In this document: in pieces, positions 1 to 9,124 of the stretch
Position numbering within the stretch: the stretch's first letter is position 1
How the letters are laid out: the number at the start of each line of letters is the position of its first letter
Origin: an uncultured Mitsuokella sp.
GTDB lineage: Bacteria; Bacillota; Negativicutes; Selenomonadales; Selenomonadaceae
Direction: 5' to 3'
DNA: 48,752 nt
Assembly: GCA_900770895.1 (NCBI GenBank)
Contig: CAAGMF010000242.1
Coordinates: 1 to 48,752 of the forward strand
Translations under genes and position numbers: made by a program
Notes under the pieces: model-generated
The model's database searches: none
Seen by the model: the letters and a program-made list of their open reading frames with translations, nothing else
What the model was told of the DNA's origin: nothing

Positions 1-176
1 ATAGGAAGTTATTTTTTATAATCCTATTTATTTAAAAGTGCTCTATATAGAAAAACATTCACATTCACACTATAGTAAAACACTTATAAATCCTTATAGG
101 GCAAGGACTGACAGGGGATTTTTAGGGCGTGAACAAATACAAACGGCCATTATCAGTAGACAGATAAAAACGAGGA

Positions 177-205
177 TTGACAATATAACGCTAGCAGTAT
201 ATAAT
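177..205 (+). promoter_or_regulatory. sigma70-type promoter (TTGACA-17-TATAAT) for the RHH gene
   Basis: TTGACA at 177-182, a 17-nt spacer and TATAAT at 200-205. It lies about 40 nt upstream of ATG 248. Confidence 0.6.
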
Positions 206-247
206 ACGGTTATCAGATGAAAACCGAAGCAAGCGGAGGTGAGTTCC

Positions 248-475
248 ATGGCAACGAAAGCGCAGATACGCGCTTACCAGAAATACTCGGACAAGGCATA
301 CGACCGCCTGGCCATCCGGGTCCCTAAAGGAGAACGTGAAATGATTGCCGAGTATGCGGCGCAGGAGGGAATCTCGATGGCCGAGTTCATCCGTCGTTCC
401 TATTACGCCGCTATGGGGATTGACTGGAAAGACCGCAGACAAGGCGGACTTTGCAGACAAAATGCAGACAAATGA
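248..475 (+). CDS. Ribbon-helix-helix (CopG/Arc-like) DNA-binding protein, antitoxin-like
   Basis: GGAGG at 235-239 sits 8 nt before ATG 248. The 75-aa product has ...DRLAIRVPKGEREMIAEYAAQEGISMAEFIRRS..., a typical RHH strand-helix-helix pattern. Confidence 0.55.
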   Translation: MATKAQIRAYQKYSDKAYDRLAIRVPKGEREMIAEYAAQEGISMAEFIRRSYYAAMGIDWKDRRQGGLCRQNADK

Positions 476-844
476 GAATCTGGATTGGCCTTGAGCCTTG
501 CTACATAAGGACTGAGAGGATTTTATAATATATTTGATATATCCATCATAGTCATACTGGTCGGAAAAAGCAAGTATTCTTCTTCGGAACTCCATGGATC
601 GGGTCGGCGTGCAGGGGGCACAGGGACGCTGCTCGAGGGGATCAGTCGCTGGACAGAGGTCAAGGCGTCGTATACTCCGGAGAGCATTCGTGAACGGGCG
701 AAGAAGGCAATCTTCCAGACGTGTACAAAGCGCAGGGGATGGCCGTCTTTGCTGTATCAGTATAGAAGACCGGCTGGCAATATGCTATACTTACTATTGC
801 AAAATGGAAATGAACCAAATATTTTTACATCAGAAAGGCTCATC

Positions 845-1522
845 ATGGACACATCGTTTATCCAGCAATATTATAAGATTTTTCAGGTATGCCCGCTGTT
901 CAGCGGCTTGAAGATGGAGCAGATTCCCGAGGCGCTGGAGTTCTTTCATGCCAGGCAGGTCAATCTTGCCCGGCATGAAATCCTGCAGTTTCTGGACGAG
1001 CCGTTTCGCTATGCCGGAATCGTCCTTGCCGGCAGCATAGAGGGCTCTTTCCTCAATGAGAACGACGCCAAGATCAGTGTCAGCCGCTTCGGTGCGGGGC
1101 AGCTTTTCGGTGAGGCACTGGCCTGCATCCATCCGATGCACAGCCCCATCCAGCTCGAAGCCATCCAGGACAGCATCGTCGTTCTGCTGGATATCGCGGC
1201 TCTTCATATGGAGCGAGAGTCTCTCAGCGGCACCGGCTACCATTTGGCTATGAACCTCATCCATGACCTTGCGCAGAAGAACATCTATCAGAATCGCAAA
1301 ATCCGCATCCTGAGCCAGAAAAAGCTCCGTGACCGCATCAGCATCTTCTTGGGGGAGATGCCTCGGCAGGCCGACGGAGCTGTCTTGGTGAAATTTACGA
1401 CTACGGCTATGGCGGAATTCCTCGGTGTCAACCGCAGCGCCCTGTCCCGTGAACTAGGGCTGATGCAGGATGCAGGGGAACTGCGCATCGAGGGGCGCCG
1501 CTATTATCTGACGCGGCCCTGA
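845..1522 (+). CDS. Crp/Fnr-family transcriptional regulator
   Basis: N-terminal cNMP-binding-like region (FGEALA...) and C-terminal HTH (TTTAMAEFLGVNRSALSRELGLMQDAG). I prefer internal ATG 845 (MDTSFIQQYY...) over the ORF-track start 749. No N-terminal Cys cluster is present. Confidence 0.85.
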   Translation: MDTSFIQQYYKIFQVCPLFSGLKMEQIPEALEFFHARQVNLARHEILQFLDEPFRYAGIVLAGSIEGSFLNENDAKISVSRFGAGQLFGEALACIHPMHSPIQLEAIQDSIVVLLDIAALHMERESLSGTGYHLAMNLIHDLAQKNIYQNRKIRILSQKKLRDRISIFLGEMPRQADGAVLVKFTTTAMAEFLGVNRSALSRELGLMQDAGELRIEGRRYYLTRP

Positions 1523-1537
1523 TGCTGGAATCCTTTC

Positions 1538-1696
1538 TCATTCCTGTTCGGCGTATTCCGGGAAGGCGATGGAATTTTCCTTAAAGATGTGGATGAATAC
1601 ATCGTTGTAGAAGTGATGCAGCTTCGTCAGCATCTCACCATGATGCGGATAATGCACGATCAGGATTTTGTTCAGGAGTTCCTCTGTCTCAGACAT
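1538..1696 (-). pseudogene. Possible hemerythrin/HHE-like C-terminal remnant (52 codons)
   Basis: The tail of ORF 1538..2080 reads MSETEELLNKILIVHYPHHGEMLTKLHHFYNDVFIHIFKENSIAFPEYAEQE. The His/Glu spacing (H..HH.E ... H..KE...FP) is reminiscent of HHE cation-binding domains, and no full-length domain is present. Confidence 0.2.
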
Positions 1697-1892
1697 CAGC
1701 CGGCGATCCTCTCTCCTTTGTATCGATCCGATGACTCTCACCGGATTCGTTTGCTCTTTACAGTTATCAGTATAGGGGCCGGCGGCATATTTTTCTGTTG
1801 TTATAGCAACAGAATCTGGTTTTGAGGACGTTCTAGCCGTGACCGGACCAGACGGCTGCTCTCGAGGGGATAGACAGACTCGAAGCTCTAAT

Positions 1893-1926
1893 AAACCAGG
1901 CAGCGCTCGCCGTTGCCTGGTTTTTT
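1893..1926. terminator. Hairpin terminator just downstream of the LysR gene (possibly bidirectional)
   Basis: AAACCAGGCA (1893-1902) pairs with TGCCTGGTTT (1914-1923). On the + strand it is followed by TTTTTT. On the - strand it lies about 20 nt after the LysR stop. Confidence 0.5.
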
Positions 1927-1944
1927 CGATGAAACTATGAAGAT

Positions 1945-2859
1945 TTATTTTTTTTGCTGAGTGGCAGGCGCAGTAGGTGGTTGCTGAGCAAAACGGCGTA
2001 TGACGAATTGCTGGAATGTGAGTGCCGCCGGAGAAAGCGGCTTTGTCGTATTCCAGGCCAGGCCGACTGCCCGCTTGCATACAGGGAATGATATGGGCAG
2101 ATAGACGATGCCCAGATGCTCTACTCCGGGGATGTTCGGTATGATACTGACGCCAAGCTTGGCGGCCACGAGGCTGGCCAGAGTGTTGACATCATCGCCT
2201 TCGAATATGATATGCGGATGGCTTCCGGCCAGCTCGAACGACTGATCGACCAGGGTGCGGAGGCTGTAGTTAGGCTTCAGCGTTATCAGGGGCTCGGATT
2301 CGATTTCGCTCAGAGTCACGCTGTCACGCTCGGCCAGGGGATGGTTCTTGGGCACGGCTACGAAAAGTTCCTCTGACCAGAGGTACATCCAGGCAATATT
2401 TTCTGCGGTCGTCATCGTCGAGCAGAGGCAGAGATCGGTCTTGCCCCGTGCCACCTGTCGCATGAGGAACTTGCTGTTGTGCTGGTTGAGTTTTATGCTG
2501 ATATCCGGATAGCGGGCGTGGAATTCGGCCAGCAGCATTGGCAGCAGATAGCCGCCGAAGGAATGGAAGAAGGACAGGTTCACGGTCCCGCCCTCACCGC
2601 TGGGGCTGCGAACTAGTTCTTTTTTAGCTTCCTGCAATTCCCTCATCACGCGGTCGACATGGTAGAGAAAATGCTCTCCGGCCGAGGTCAGTTCCACGCG
2701 GCGGGCCTGACGCGTGAAAAGCGGCACGCCGAGTTCGGCCTCGAGTTTCGCTATGGAGCGCGACAGGGCGGACTGCGATACGGCACATGCCTCAGCAGCT
2801 TTGGTGAAATGCTTGATGCGGGCCATGGCCTGAAAATATTTCAGCTGAGAAATCTCCAT
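1945..2859 (-). CDS. LysR-family transcriptional regulator
   Basis: N-terminal HTH MEISQLKYFQAMARIKHFTKAAEACAVSQSALSRSIAKLE with a LysR substrate-binding-type C-terminus. GGAGA RBS precedes ATG (complement 2857-2859). It is divergent from the MFS gene. Confidence 0.9.
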   Translation of the reverse strand: MEISQLKYFQAMARIKHFTKAAEACAVSQSALSRSIAKLEAELGVPLFTRQARRVELTSAGEHFLYHVDRVMRELQEAKKELVRSPSGEGGTVNLSFFHSFGGYLLPMLLAEFHARYPDISIKLNQHNSKFLMRQVARGKTDLCLCSTMTTAENIAWMYLWSEELFVAVPKNHPLAERDSVTLSEIESEPLITLKPNYSLRTLVDQSFELAGSHPHIIFEGDDVNTLASLVAAKLGVSIIPNIPGVEHLGIVYLPISFPVCKRAVGLAWNTTKPLSPAALTFQQFVIRRFAQQPPTAPATQQKK

Positions 2860-3271
2860 CGAAATTGTCTCCTTTTTATACATATTTTTCATTTTATCTA
2901 TGTATTACAATCATAACACATTTGATGCAAAAAAAAGATAGATTTTATTGATTTTCTAGCTTCAGCAGCGTATTTTCAGGGCATTTGCGGCTATTATAAT
3001 GCATGAAATGCATGGAATATATTAAAATTATACATTAGACAAGCACAATTCGAGTGGATATAATGACCCCTGTAAATGATTTCCGGGAATCAAAATCAGT
3101 TATTATCAGGTGATTACTATGACCGGGGAAGAGAAACTCGAACTGGAGCTGCACTTGAGCGAAGCCGATGCTGATGACTTCGTGACAACGGCCCTGCCTC
3201 ACCTCAAAATGTATCAGAGATCTGCAAGAATCTCCCTGTCCACTTCGGCTTTCAGAAAGGAGTCTGCCGCT

Positions 3272-4561
3272 ATGTCTGCTGCCAATGCTGCTGTTGGTTC
3301 CGAAACGCTTTGGAAACGCGATTATCTCCTGACCATCGGCGTCAATCTGCTCGTTTATACGGTGCACTTTCTGCTCATGCTCTGGTCTACGGCCTATGCC
3401 ATGGAGCATTTTTCGGCATCAATCAGTATGGCTGGCCTCGCATCCGGACTTTTCATCGTCGGAGCCCTGTTCTCGCGTATCGTATCGGGCCGCTATATCG
3501 ACTTCGTCGGTCGCCGGCACATGTTCCTGCTGGGATCGGCACTGTTCCTGCTCATGATATTCTTCTATCTGCTGGCACCGACGTTGGCTGCATTCAATGT
3601 CGTACGTTTTATCCACGGCGTTTCTTTCGGCATGACGTCGACCGCTGCCAGCACGATCGTGGCTTCGCTTATCCCGCTGAAGAAGATGGGGCAGGGCATC
3701 GGCTATTTCACGCTCGGGGTTACGATAGCTTCAGCCATAGGTCCTTTCCTGGCTATGAGCATCACGGCTGCGCATGCCTTTACAACCGGCATAGAGATTG
3801 TCGGCGCGCTTGCTGCTGTCATACTGATTTCGGCCTTCACGATAAAAGCTCCGGAGCGCGATATACTGCCTCAGGAGAAGGCTGATCTCAAAAAGATTTC
3901 TTTCGACCGCTTTTTCTCGCTGCGTGCTCTCGGTATATCGTTCATAGCGCTGATGGGCGGCGTATGCTACTCGACGGTGCTGTCTTTCCTGGGAGCCTAT
4001 ACGAACAGTATAGGTGTCACCGGCATCGGTGCCTCCTGCTTCTTCCTCTGCTTCGCACTGACCTCGTTCATCAGCCGTCCGCTGACCGGCTTCCTGCTTG
4101 ACAAGCGCGGCGGCAATATCGTCATCTATCCGGCCCTGCTGTGCATGGCGATCGCCATGGTCATCATCGCGACTGCCCGCGGCGATATAGCGATGCTCGC
4201 CGGAGCGCTTTTCCTGGGCCTCGGCTACGGCACGATTACGGCCTCCTGCCACGCTCTGGCTGTGCATTGCGCGCCTATGCATCAGGTCGGCGTCGCGACC
4301 AGCACCTATTTCGTCTTCCTCGATTTCGGTATTGGCGTCGGGCCGTATACGCTCGGCAGCTTTGTTCCGAGCTTCGGCTTTTCCTTCGTATATATCGCTG
4401 CGGCTGCCATCAGTCTGGCTGGTATCGCACTCTACTATATGATTCTGGCCCGTCGCGGGCTCTTTACCCGCAACCACATGGACCGCACCTCTCAGGCCAA
4501 GGAAATCGTAGCGGAACGTCGCCAGCGCTTCTTCAATAAGGCGCTGACAGCCAGTCACTGA
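3272..4561 (+). CDS. MFS transporter
   Basis: About 12 hydrophobic segments and the loop motif GRYIDFVGRR. AAAGGAG lies 8 nt upstream of ATG 3272. An alternative in-frame ATG at 3119 would add 51 acidic residues. Confidence 0.85.
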   Translation: MSAANAAVGSETLWKRDYLLTIGVNLLVYTVHFLLMLWSTAYAMEHFSASISMAGLASGLFIVGALFSRIVSGRYIDFVGRRHMFLLGSALFLLMIFFYLLAPTLAAFNVVRFIHGVSFGMTSTAASTIVASLIPLKKMGQGIGYFTLGVTIASAIGPFLAMSITAAHAFTTGIEIVGALAAVILISAFTIKAPERDILPQEKADLKKISFDRFFSLRALGISFIALMGGVCYSTVLSFLGAYTNSIGVTGIGASCFFLCFALTSFISRPLTGFLLDKRGGNIVIYPALLCMAIAMVIIATARGDIAMLAGALFLGLGYGTITASCHALAVHCAPMHQVGVATSTYFVFLDFGIGVGPYTLGSFVPSFGFSFVYIAAAAISLAGIALYYMILARRGLFTRNHMDRTSQAKEIVAERRQRFFNKALTASH

Positions 4562-4602
4562 ATATCATTCCGTTGCTTGGCGGTGACAATGCTATCGAAA
4601 AT

Positions 4603-4627
4603 GAGCCAGCTGTGCTGGCTCTTTTTT
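4603..4627 (+). terminator. Rho-independent terminator after the MFS gene
   Basis: GAGCCAGC-TGT-GCTGGCTC followed by TTTTTT (4622-4627). Confidence 0.8.
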
Positions 4628-4732
4628 GATTTATGAGACGGGCACTGCTCTATGGTACAGCTGCCGGTCAGAGGTCGCTGGCAGTATAACAACTACCAGC
4701 CGTCTTTCCAGAGGCCCCAGACAGTCAATGGA

Positions 4733-4760
4733 TTGACAAAACTAATCTATGCGGTAGAAT
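4733..4760 (+). promoter_or_regulatory. Candidate sigma70 promoter of the phoH-ybeY-era operon
   Basis: TTGACA at 4733-4738, a 16-nt spacer and TAGAAT at 4755-4760. Confidence 0.45.
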
Positions 4761-4904
4761 AAAAAGTAAGTTTATATATTATGATGGAAAGTAGGGATAA
4801 ATCTGCAGGAAAACAGTGCGGCAGCCCGGAACAGGCAGGCTGCAAACGAGGATGTTGAAACAAAGATACAGATCGAGCTGGCGGATCAGGATGAGGCTTT
4901 TGCT

Positions 4905-5900
4905 TTGTTCGGGCGTGGCGATGAGCTCCTGCAGGTGTTGCGGGAATGCTTTGCCTGCCGCATGATCGGCCGGGGCATGGCGCTCGAGCTGAGCGGCCCG
5001 GCCCATGAGGCCGAGCTGGCGGCTGAGGCCGCCCGGGCCCTGCAGCAGATGCATCGCGTCGGTACCCGCCTCACGACGCATGAGGTGCGCTATGTCAGCC
5101 GCCTCGTCCATGAGGGGCGGGCGAGCGATGTCGTCCGGCTGCAGGATACGATACTCGTCACGGCCAGAGGGCATGCGGTGCGCGCCAAGACGATCGGCCA
5201 GCTCAATTACATCTCAACGATAAAGAAGAATGCAGTGACGATAGCCATAGGTCCGGCGGGTACGGGTAAGACGTATCTGGCGGTCGTCATGGCGGTAGCG
5301 GCACTGCGCAACAAGGAGGTTAAGCGCATCATCCTGACGCGTCCGGCTGTCGAGGCTGGTGAGCGGCTGGGCTTCCTGCCCGGCGACCTCCAGGACAAGG
5401 TCGATCCCTATCTGCGTCCGCTCTACGATGCCCTGCAGGATATATTGGGCGGCGATGCCTATATGAAGCTCATGTCGCGCGGTCTCATCGAGATAGCGCC
5501 GCTGGCCTATATGCGCGGCCGGACGTTGGCGGATTCTTTCATCATATTGGATGAGGCACAGAATACGACGGAGAGCCAGATGAAGATGTTCCTGACGCGT
5601 CTGGGCTTCGGCTCGCGCATGGTCGTGACCGGGGACCTGAGCCAGATCGATCTGCCGCGTGGCGTGTCGTCCGGCCTGCGCGTAGCGGCCGAGGTGCTGG
5701 CAGATGTAAAGGGGATATCCGTGCTGCGTCTGTCACCAGTCGATGTCGTACGCCATGATGTCGTCACCCGCATCATCAATGCGTATGGGCAGTATGATGC
5801 ACAGCGCAAGAAGAAGCAGGAACAGAAGAAAATGGCTCCGTCAGCCGGCAGCAATGATCGAGTACGGGCTGCTACGCAGTCATCAAGGGAGAATATATAG
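4905..5900 (+). CDS. phoH: PhoH-family ATPase (PhoH/YbeZ-like)
   Basis: Walker A GPAGTGKTYLAV, Walker B FIILDEAQN and a conserved position upstream of ybeY. TTG 4905 is the only canonical start. Conserved-looking residues continue upstream in frame (see findings). Confidence 0.85.
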   Translation: MFGRGDELLQVLRECFACRMIGRGMALELSGPAHEAELAAEAARALQQMHRVGTRLTTHEVRYVSRLVHEGRASDVVRLQDTILVTARGHAVRAKTIGQLNYISTIKKNAVTIAIGPAGTGKTYLAVVMAVAALRNKEVKRIILTRPAVEAGERLGFLPGDLQDKVDPYLRPLYDALQDILGGDAYMKLMSRGLIEIAPLAYMRGRTLADSFIILDEAQNTTESQMKMFLTRLGFGSRMVVTGDLSQIDLPRGVSSGLRVAAEVLADVKGISVLRLSPVDVVRHDVVTRIINAYGQYDAQRKKKQEQKKMAPSAGSNDRVRAATQSSRENI

Positions 5901-5906
5901 GAGAAT

Positions 5907-6371
5907 ATGGAAGTCATCATAAGCAGATACCCAGAGGATCTGGCTGTGCCGGAGGAAGTGGAAGCCAATATAAGGGCGGCGGCCGAAAAGGTCGGTGAGC
6001 TCTACGGGGTGGAGAATGGTGAAGTAAGCATCACGCTTACGAATAATGAATACATCCATGAGTTGAACCGCGAATACCGTCATATCGACCGCCCGACCGA
6101 TGTGCTCTCTTTCGCATTGAATGAAAGCGAGGAGCCGGCGATAGAGAATGGCCCGGATATCAATGTACTGGGCGATCTCGTGATATCTGTAGAGCGGGCA
6201 GAGGAGCAGGCGGCTGATTATGGCCACAGCGTGCGGCGGGAGATCGCGTTCCTGACAGTACATGGCATGCTGCATCTGCTCGGCTACGATCACATGGAGG
6301 AAGCTGACCGTCTGGAGATGGAGCAGGAGCAGCGCTATGTGATGGATCAGCTGGGAATCAAGCGCGAGTAA
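5907..6371 (+). CDS. ybeY: Endoribonuclease YbeY (rRNA maturation factor)
   Basis: Metal-binding motif [11 protein letters not shown], 154 aa, classic phoH-ybeY-era context. Confidence 0.95.
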   Translation: MEVIISRYPEDLAVPEEVEANIRAAAEKVGELYGVENGEVSITLTNNEYIHELNREYRHIDRPTDVLSFALNESEEPAIENGPDINVLGDLVISVERAEEQAADYGHSVRREIAFLTVHGMLHLLGYDHMEEADRLEMEQEQRYVMDQLGIKRE

Positions 6372-6383
6372 CAGGAGGACATA

Positions 6384-7283
6384 TTGACAGAAGCAAAACA
6401 TAAATCGGGATTCGTAGCCGTCGTCGGCCGCCCGAATGTCGGCAAATCGACGCTGATAAATACGCTCATCGGACAGAAGATAGCCATCATGAGCGATAAG
6501 CCGCAGACGACGCGCAACCGCATCATGTGCATATTGACTAAGCCGGATGTGCAGATGGTTTTCCTCGATACTCCTGGTATCCACAAGCCGCATACGAAGC
6601 TCGAGGAGAATATGGAGCGGGCGGCTGAGAACACGCTGAAGGATGTCGATGCGATATTATTCCTCGTCGACGCCAGTCAGCGCCTGGGCCCCGGCGACAA
6701 GTTCATCATCGAGCATCTGAAGCACACGAAGCAGCCGGTCATCCTCGTGATCAATAAGCTGGACCTCATCGAGCGTGAGCAGGTGCTGCCCATCATATCC
6801 AGCTATACCAAGCTATATGATTTTGCAGCGGTGGTACCTATATCCGCTCTGAATGAAACAAATACGGACAATCTCGTGGCTGAGATAACGAAATATATGC
6901 CAGCCGGTCCGCAGTACTATCCGGATGATATGGTGACCGATCAGCCGGAACGTCTCATCGTTGCCGAGCTCGTTCGCGAGAAGGTCCTCCAACTGACACG
7001 TGACGAAGTACCGCACGCGGTGGCCGTCGATGTGGATGAGATGACGACGCGCCCGAAGGGCGACGTCTACATCCGTGCCACGATATATGTGGAGCGCGAC
7101 TCGCAGAAAAGGATCGTCATAGGCAACAAAGGCTCGATGCTGCGTGAAATCGGCCAGCTGGCCCGTCAGGATATCGAACAGCTGCTGGCGGCCAAGGTCT
7201 ACCTCGACCTCTGGGTCAAGGTAAAGAAGGATTGGCGCAACAGTGCCGGTATGCTTCATGCTTTCGGACTTGATGATAAATAA
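6384..7283 (+). CDS. era: GTPase Era
   Basis: G1 motif GRPNVGKSTL, DTPG, NKLD and a C-terminal KH-type region. AGGAGG lies 5 nt upstream of TTG 6384. Confidence 0.95.
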   Translation: MTEAKHKSGFVAVVGRPNVGKSTLINTLIGQKIAIMSDKPQTTRNRIMCILTKPDVQMVFLDTPGIHKPHTKLEENMERAAENTLKDVDAILFLVDASQRLGPGDKFIIEHLKHTKQPVILVINKLDLIEREQVLPIISSYTKLYDFAAVVPISALNETNTDNLVAEITKYMPAGPQYYPDDMVTDQPERLIVAELVREKVLQLTRDEVPHAVAVDVDEMTTRPKGDVYIRATIYVERDSQKRIVIGNKGSMLREIGQLARQDIEQLLAAKVYLDLWVKVKKDWRNSAGMLHAFGLDDK

Positions 7284-7332
7284 ATGCAGCTGATGGATAC
7301 CAGGTTGCCATGACGGCACAGGAAGTGATGAC

Positions 7333-8154
7333 ATGAAAGATGATAACGCAGATTTCCTGGACGATGTGCGAAAGGGAAAGAAAGCGGAAGAAGACAAGAA
7401 TACGAACTTCTCTAAAAAGGTTTCGCGGCGTTTCATAAACGGTCTGATCCTGCTCGTACCGATCGCCATAACGATGTTCGTCGTGGCGGAGACGCTGACG
7501 TTCACCGAGGGCGTGCTCGGGCGGCATCTGCCGTTCTATTTCCCCGGCATGGGGATCATCACGCTGCTGCTCGTGATATATCTCGTCGGCTGGGGATCAT
7601 CCTGGTGGGTGATGCGTCGGGCGATACGTCTGGGAGAACGCTTGCTCGGACATGTGCCAATCATAAAGTTCATATATAACAGCGTCAAGCACCTGTCTAC
7701 AGCCGTGTTCGAATCGAACAGCATGTTCGAGCAGGTCGTGCTCGTGCCGTTCCATCAGTCGAAAGCACTCGGCTTCGTCATGGCCGACGTCCCGCAGATG
7801 CTCAAAGAAAAGCTCGGCGATGACTATATCTGCGTATTCGTCCCCTGGAGCCTCAACATGACCTCGGGTACGAATCTGTTCGTGCTCAAGAAAGATGTCA
7901 TATATCTCGATATCAGCAGCGAGTCAGCCCTGCAGTATATGCTGACCGCCGGAGCTGTCATGCCGAAGCGCCTCAAGCATCAGAAGGTCGAAATGCCGGA
8001 TGATTATGATGATACCTCGGTGCCATATGTACTCTGGGAATCGGAGCCGGGCAAGAAGCATGGAACTGAGCAGCAAAAGGCTGCTCCCACCGGGAGAAAT
8101 GTGCCGGATGATGATGCGGACGATGATGCCTACAAGCTGGGGGGCGGTCGCTGA
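7333..8154 (+). CDS. DUF502-family membrane protein with an acidic C-terminal tail
   Basis: N-terminal TM pair and the segment GERLLGHVPIIKFIYNSVKHL, typical of DUF502 as I recall the family. The C-terminal ~60 aa are D/E-rich. Confidence 0.7.
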   Translation: MKDDNADFLDDVRKGKKAEEDKNTNFSKKVSRRFINGLILLVPIAITMFVVAETLTFTEGVLGRHLPFYFPGMGIITLLLVIYLVGWGSSWWVMRRAIRLGERLLGHVPIIKFIYNSVKHLSTAVFESNSMFEQVVLVPFHQSKALGFVMADVPQMLKEKLGDDYICVFVPWSLNMTSGTNLFVLKKDVIYLDISSESALQYMLTAGAVMPKRLKHQKVEMPDDYDDTSVPYVLWESEPGKKHGTEQQKAAPTGRNVPDDDADDDAYKLGGGR

Positions 8155-8948
8155 TGCCGCTCTATACGACGGACGGGGTAGTGGTCGGTGCCCGGAACTG
8201 GGGCGAAACGGATCGCATCGTCAGCGTGTTCACGCGCGAGCGCGGCCTCGTCGAGGCCGGGGCTTATGGTGCCCGCCGTCCGCGCAGTGCTTTAGCAGGT
8301 CCTCTGCAGCTTTTTGCCGAGGTCGAGCTCCAGATTGCCGAGGGACAGCGACTCGATACGATACGTCAGGCTTCGCTCATAGAGCCGCATCGGATATTCA
8401 GCACGGACATCACGCGCATGGCCTATGCGAGCTTCGTGGCCGAGGTCGTGCGCGAGCTTATGGCTGTCGGTCAGCCGGACCAGGGATTATATGATACGTT
8501 GCGGGAAATCCTGCGGGCGCTCGAGCAGCGCAATCCGCGGATCACGGCACTGGCCGCGGCGATAGAGATTATAGAATATGCCGGACTCCAGCTTTCCTAT
8601 GAACGCTGTGTCCACTGTGGCCGGGCCATCACCGGCGATGCGTCGGTTTCCCTGCTGGCTGGCGGGGCTGTATGTACCGATTGCAGCCATGACGCAGAGG
8701 TGCGGCCACCTGCAGACGGACAGGCCGTAGATCTCCTGCCGTATCCGGCTGCGACTCGCGAGCTGCTCGTCGCTCTGCGCGACTATGACTGGTCCGCTCC
8801 GCCGGGCAGCCTGCACATGAAGGGCAGCACGCTCATGGCAGCCGAACAGCTGATATTGACCTATCTGAGCGGACTCATCGATCATCCGCTGAAATCATTG
8901 GAATTCATACGACAGATTGCCGCTCTGAACGAGGCAACGAAGCAATAA
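8154..8948 (+). CDS. recO: DNA repair protein RecO
   Basis: N-terminal OB-like MPLYTTDGVVVGARNWGETDRIVSVFTRERG, a Cys4 zinc motif (CVHCG...CTDC) and a position after era. Its ATG overlaps the preceding stop. Confidence 0.9.
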   Translation: MPLYTTDGVVVGARNWGETDRIVSVFTRERGLVEAGAYGARRPRSALAGPLQLFAEVELQIAEGQRLDTIRQASLIEPHRIFSTDITRMAYASFVAEVVRELMAVGQPDQGLYDTLREILRALEQRNPRITALAAAIEIIEYAGLQLSYERCVHCGRAITGDASVSLLAGGAVCTDCSHDAEVRPPADGQAVDLLPYPAATRELLVALRDYDWSAPPGSLHMKGSTLMAAEQLILTYLSGLIDHPLKSLEFIRQIAALNEATKQ

Positions 8949-9033
8949 CCCTGGTGTATGAATGCCAGCTAAGGTTCATATCGGGGCTGCTACGATCACT
9001 GAAAATTTACATACATAGCTAGATAAAAACAAA

Positions 9034-9087
9034 AACAAGGATTGATATGCCGTCCCTATCCAGCGGGACCGCATATCAATCCTTGTT
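9034..9087. terminator. Long bidirectional hairpin between convergent recO and the MFS gene
   Basis: A 23-nt arm at 9034-9056 pairs with 9065-9087 (one mismatch), with an 8-nt loop. It is A-rich upstream and T-rich downstream. Confidence 0.75.
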
Positions 9088-9124
9088 TCATAAATGACGA
9101 GGCTGATCGGAACTTATGCCACGA

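Noticed and set aside
38-595. ORFs 38..220 (+) and 191..595 (-) at the window start
   Set aside because: The region is AT-rich and promoter-like. The minus-strand ORF is antisense to the RHH gene. Neither ORF has an RBS or motifs.
509-844. In-frame upstream extension of the Crp/Fnr ORF, including a GC-rich patch at 600-745
   Set aside because: The Crp/Fnr family begins near MDTSF... I see no start/RBS or recognisable domain in the extension. The GC-rich patch might be a gene remnant, but I cannot assign it.
3110-3271. Longer form of the MFS transporter starting at GTG 3110 or ATG 3119
   Set aside because: It is possible (AGGTGA lies 5 nt upstream of ATG 3119). However, it would add an atypical 51-residue acidic extension, and ATG 3272 has a better RBS and a normal distance to TM1. 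I keep it as an alternative only.
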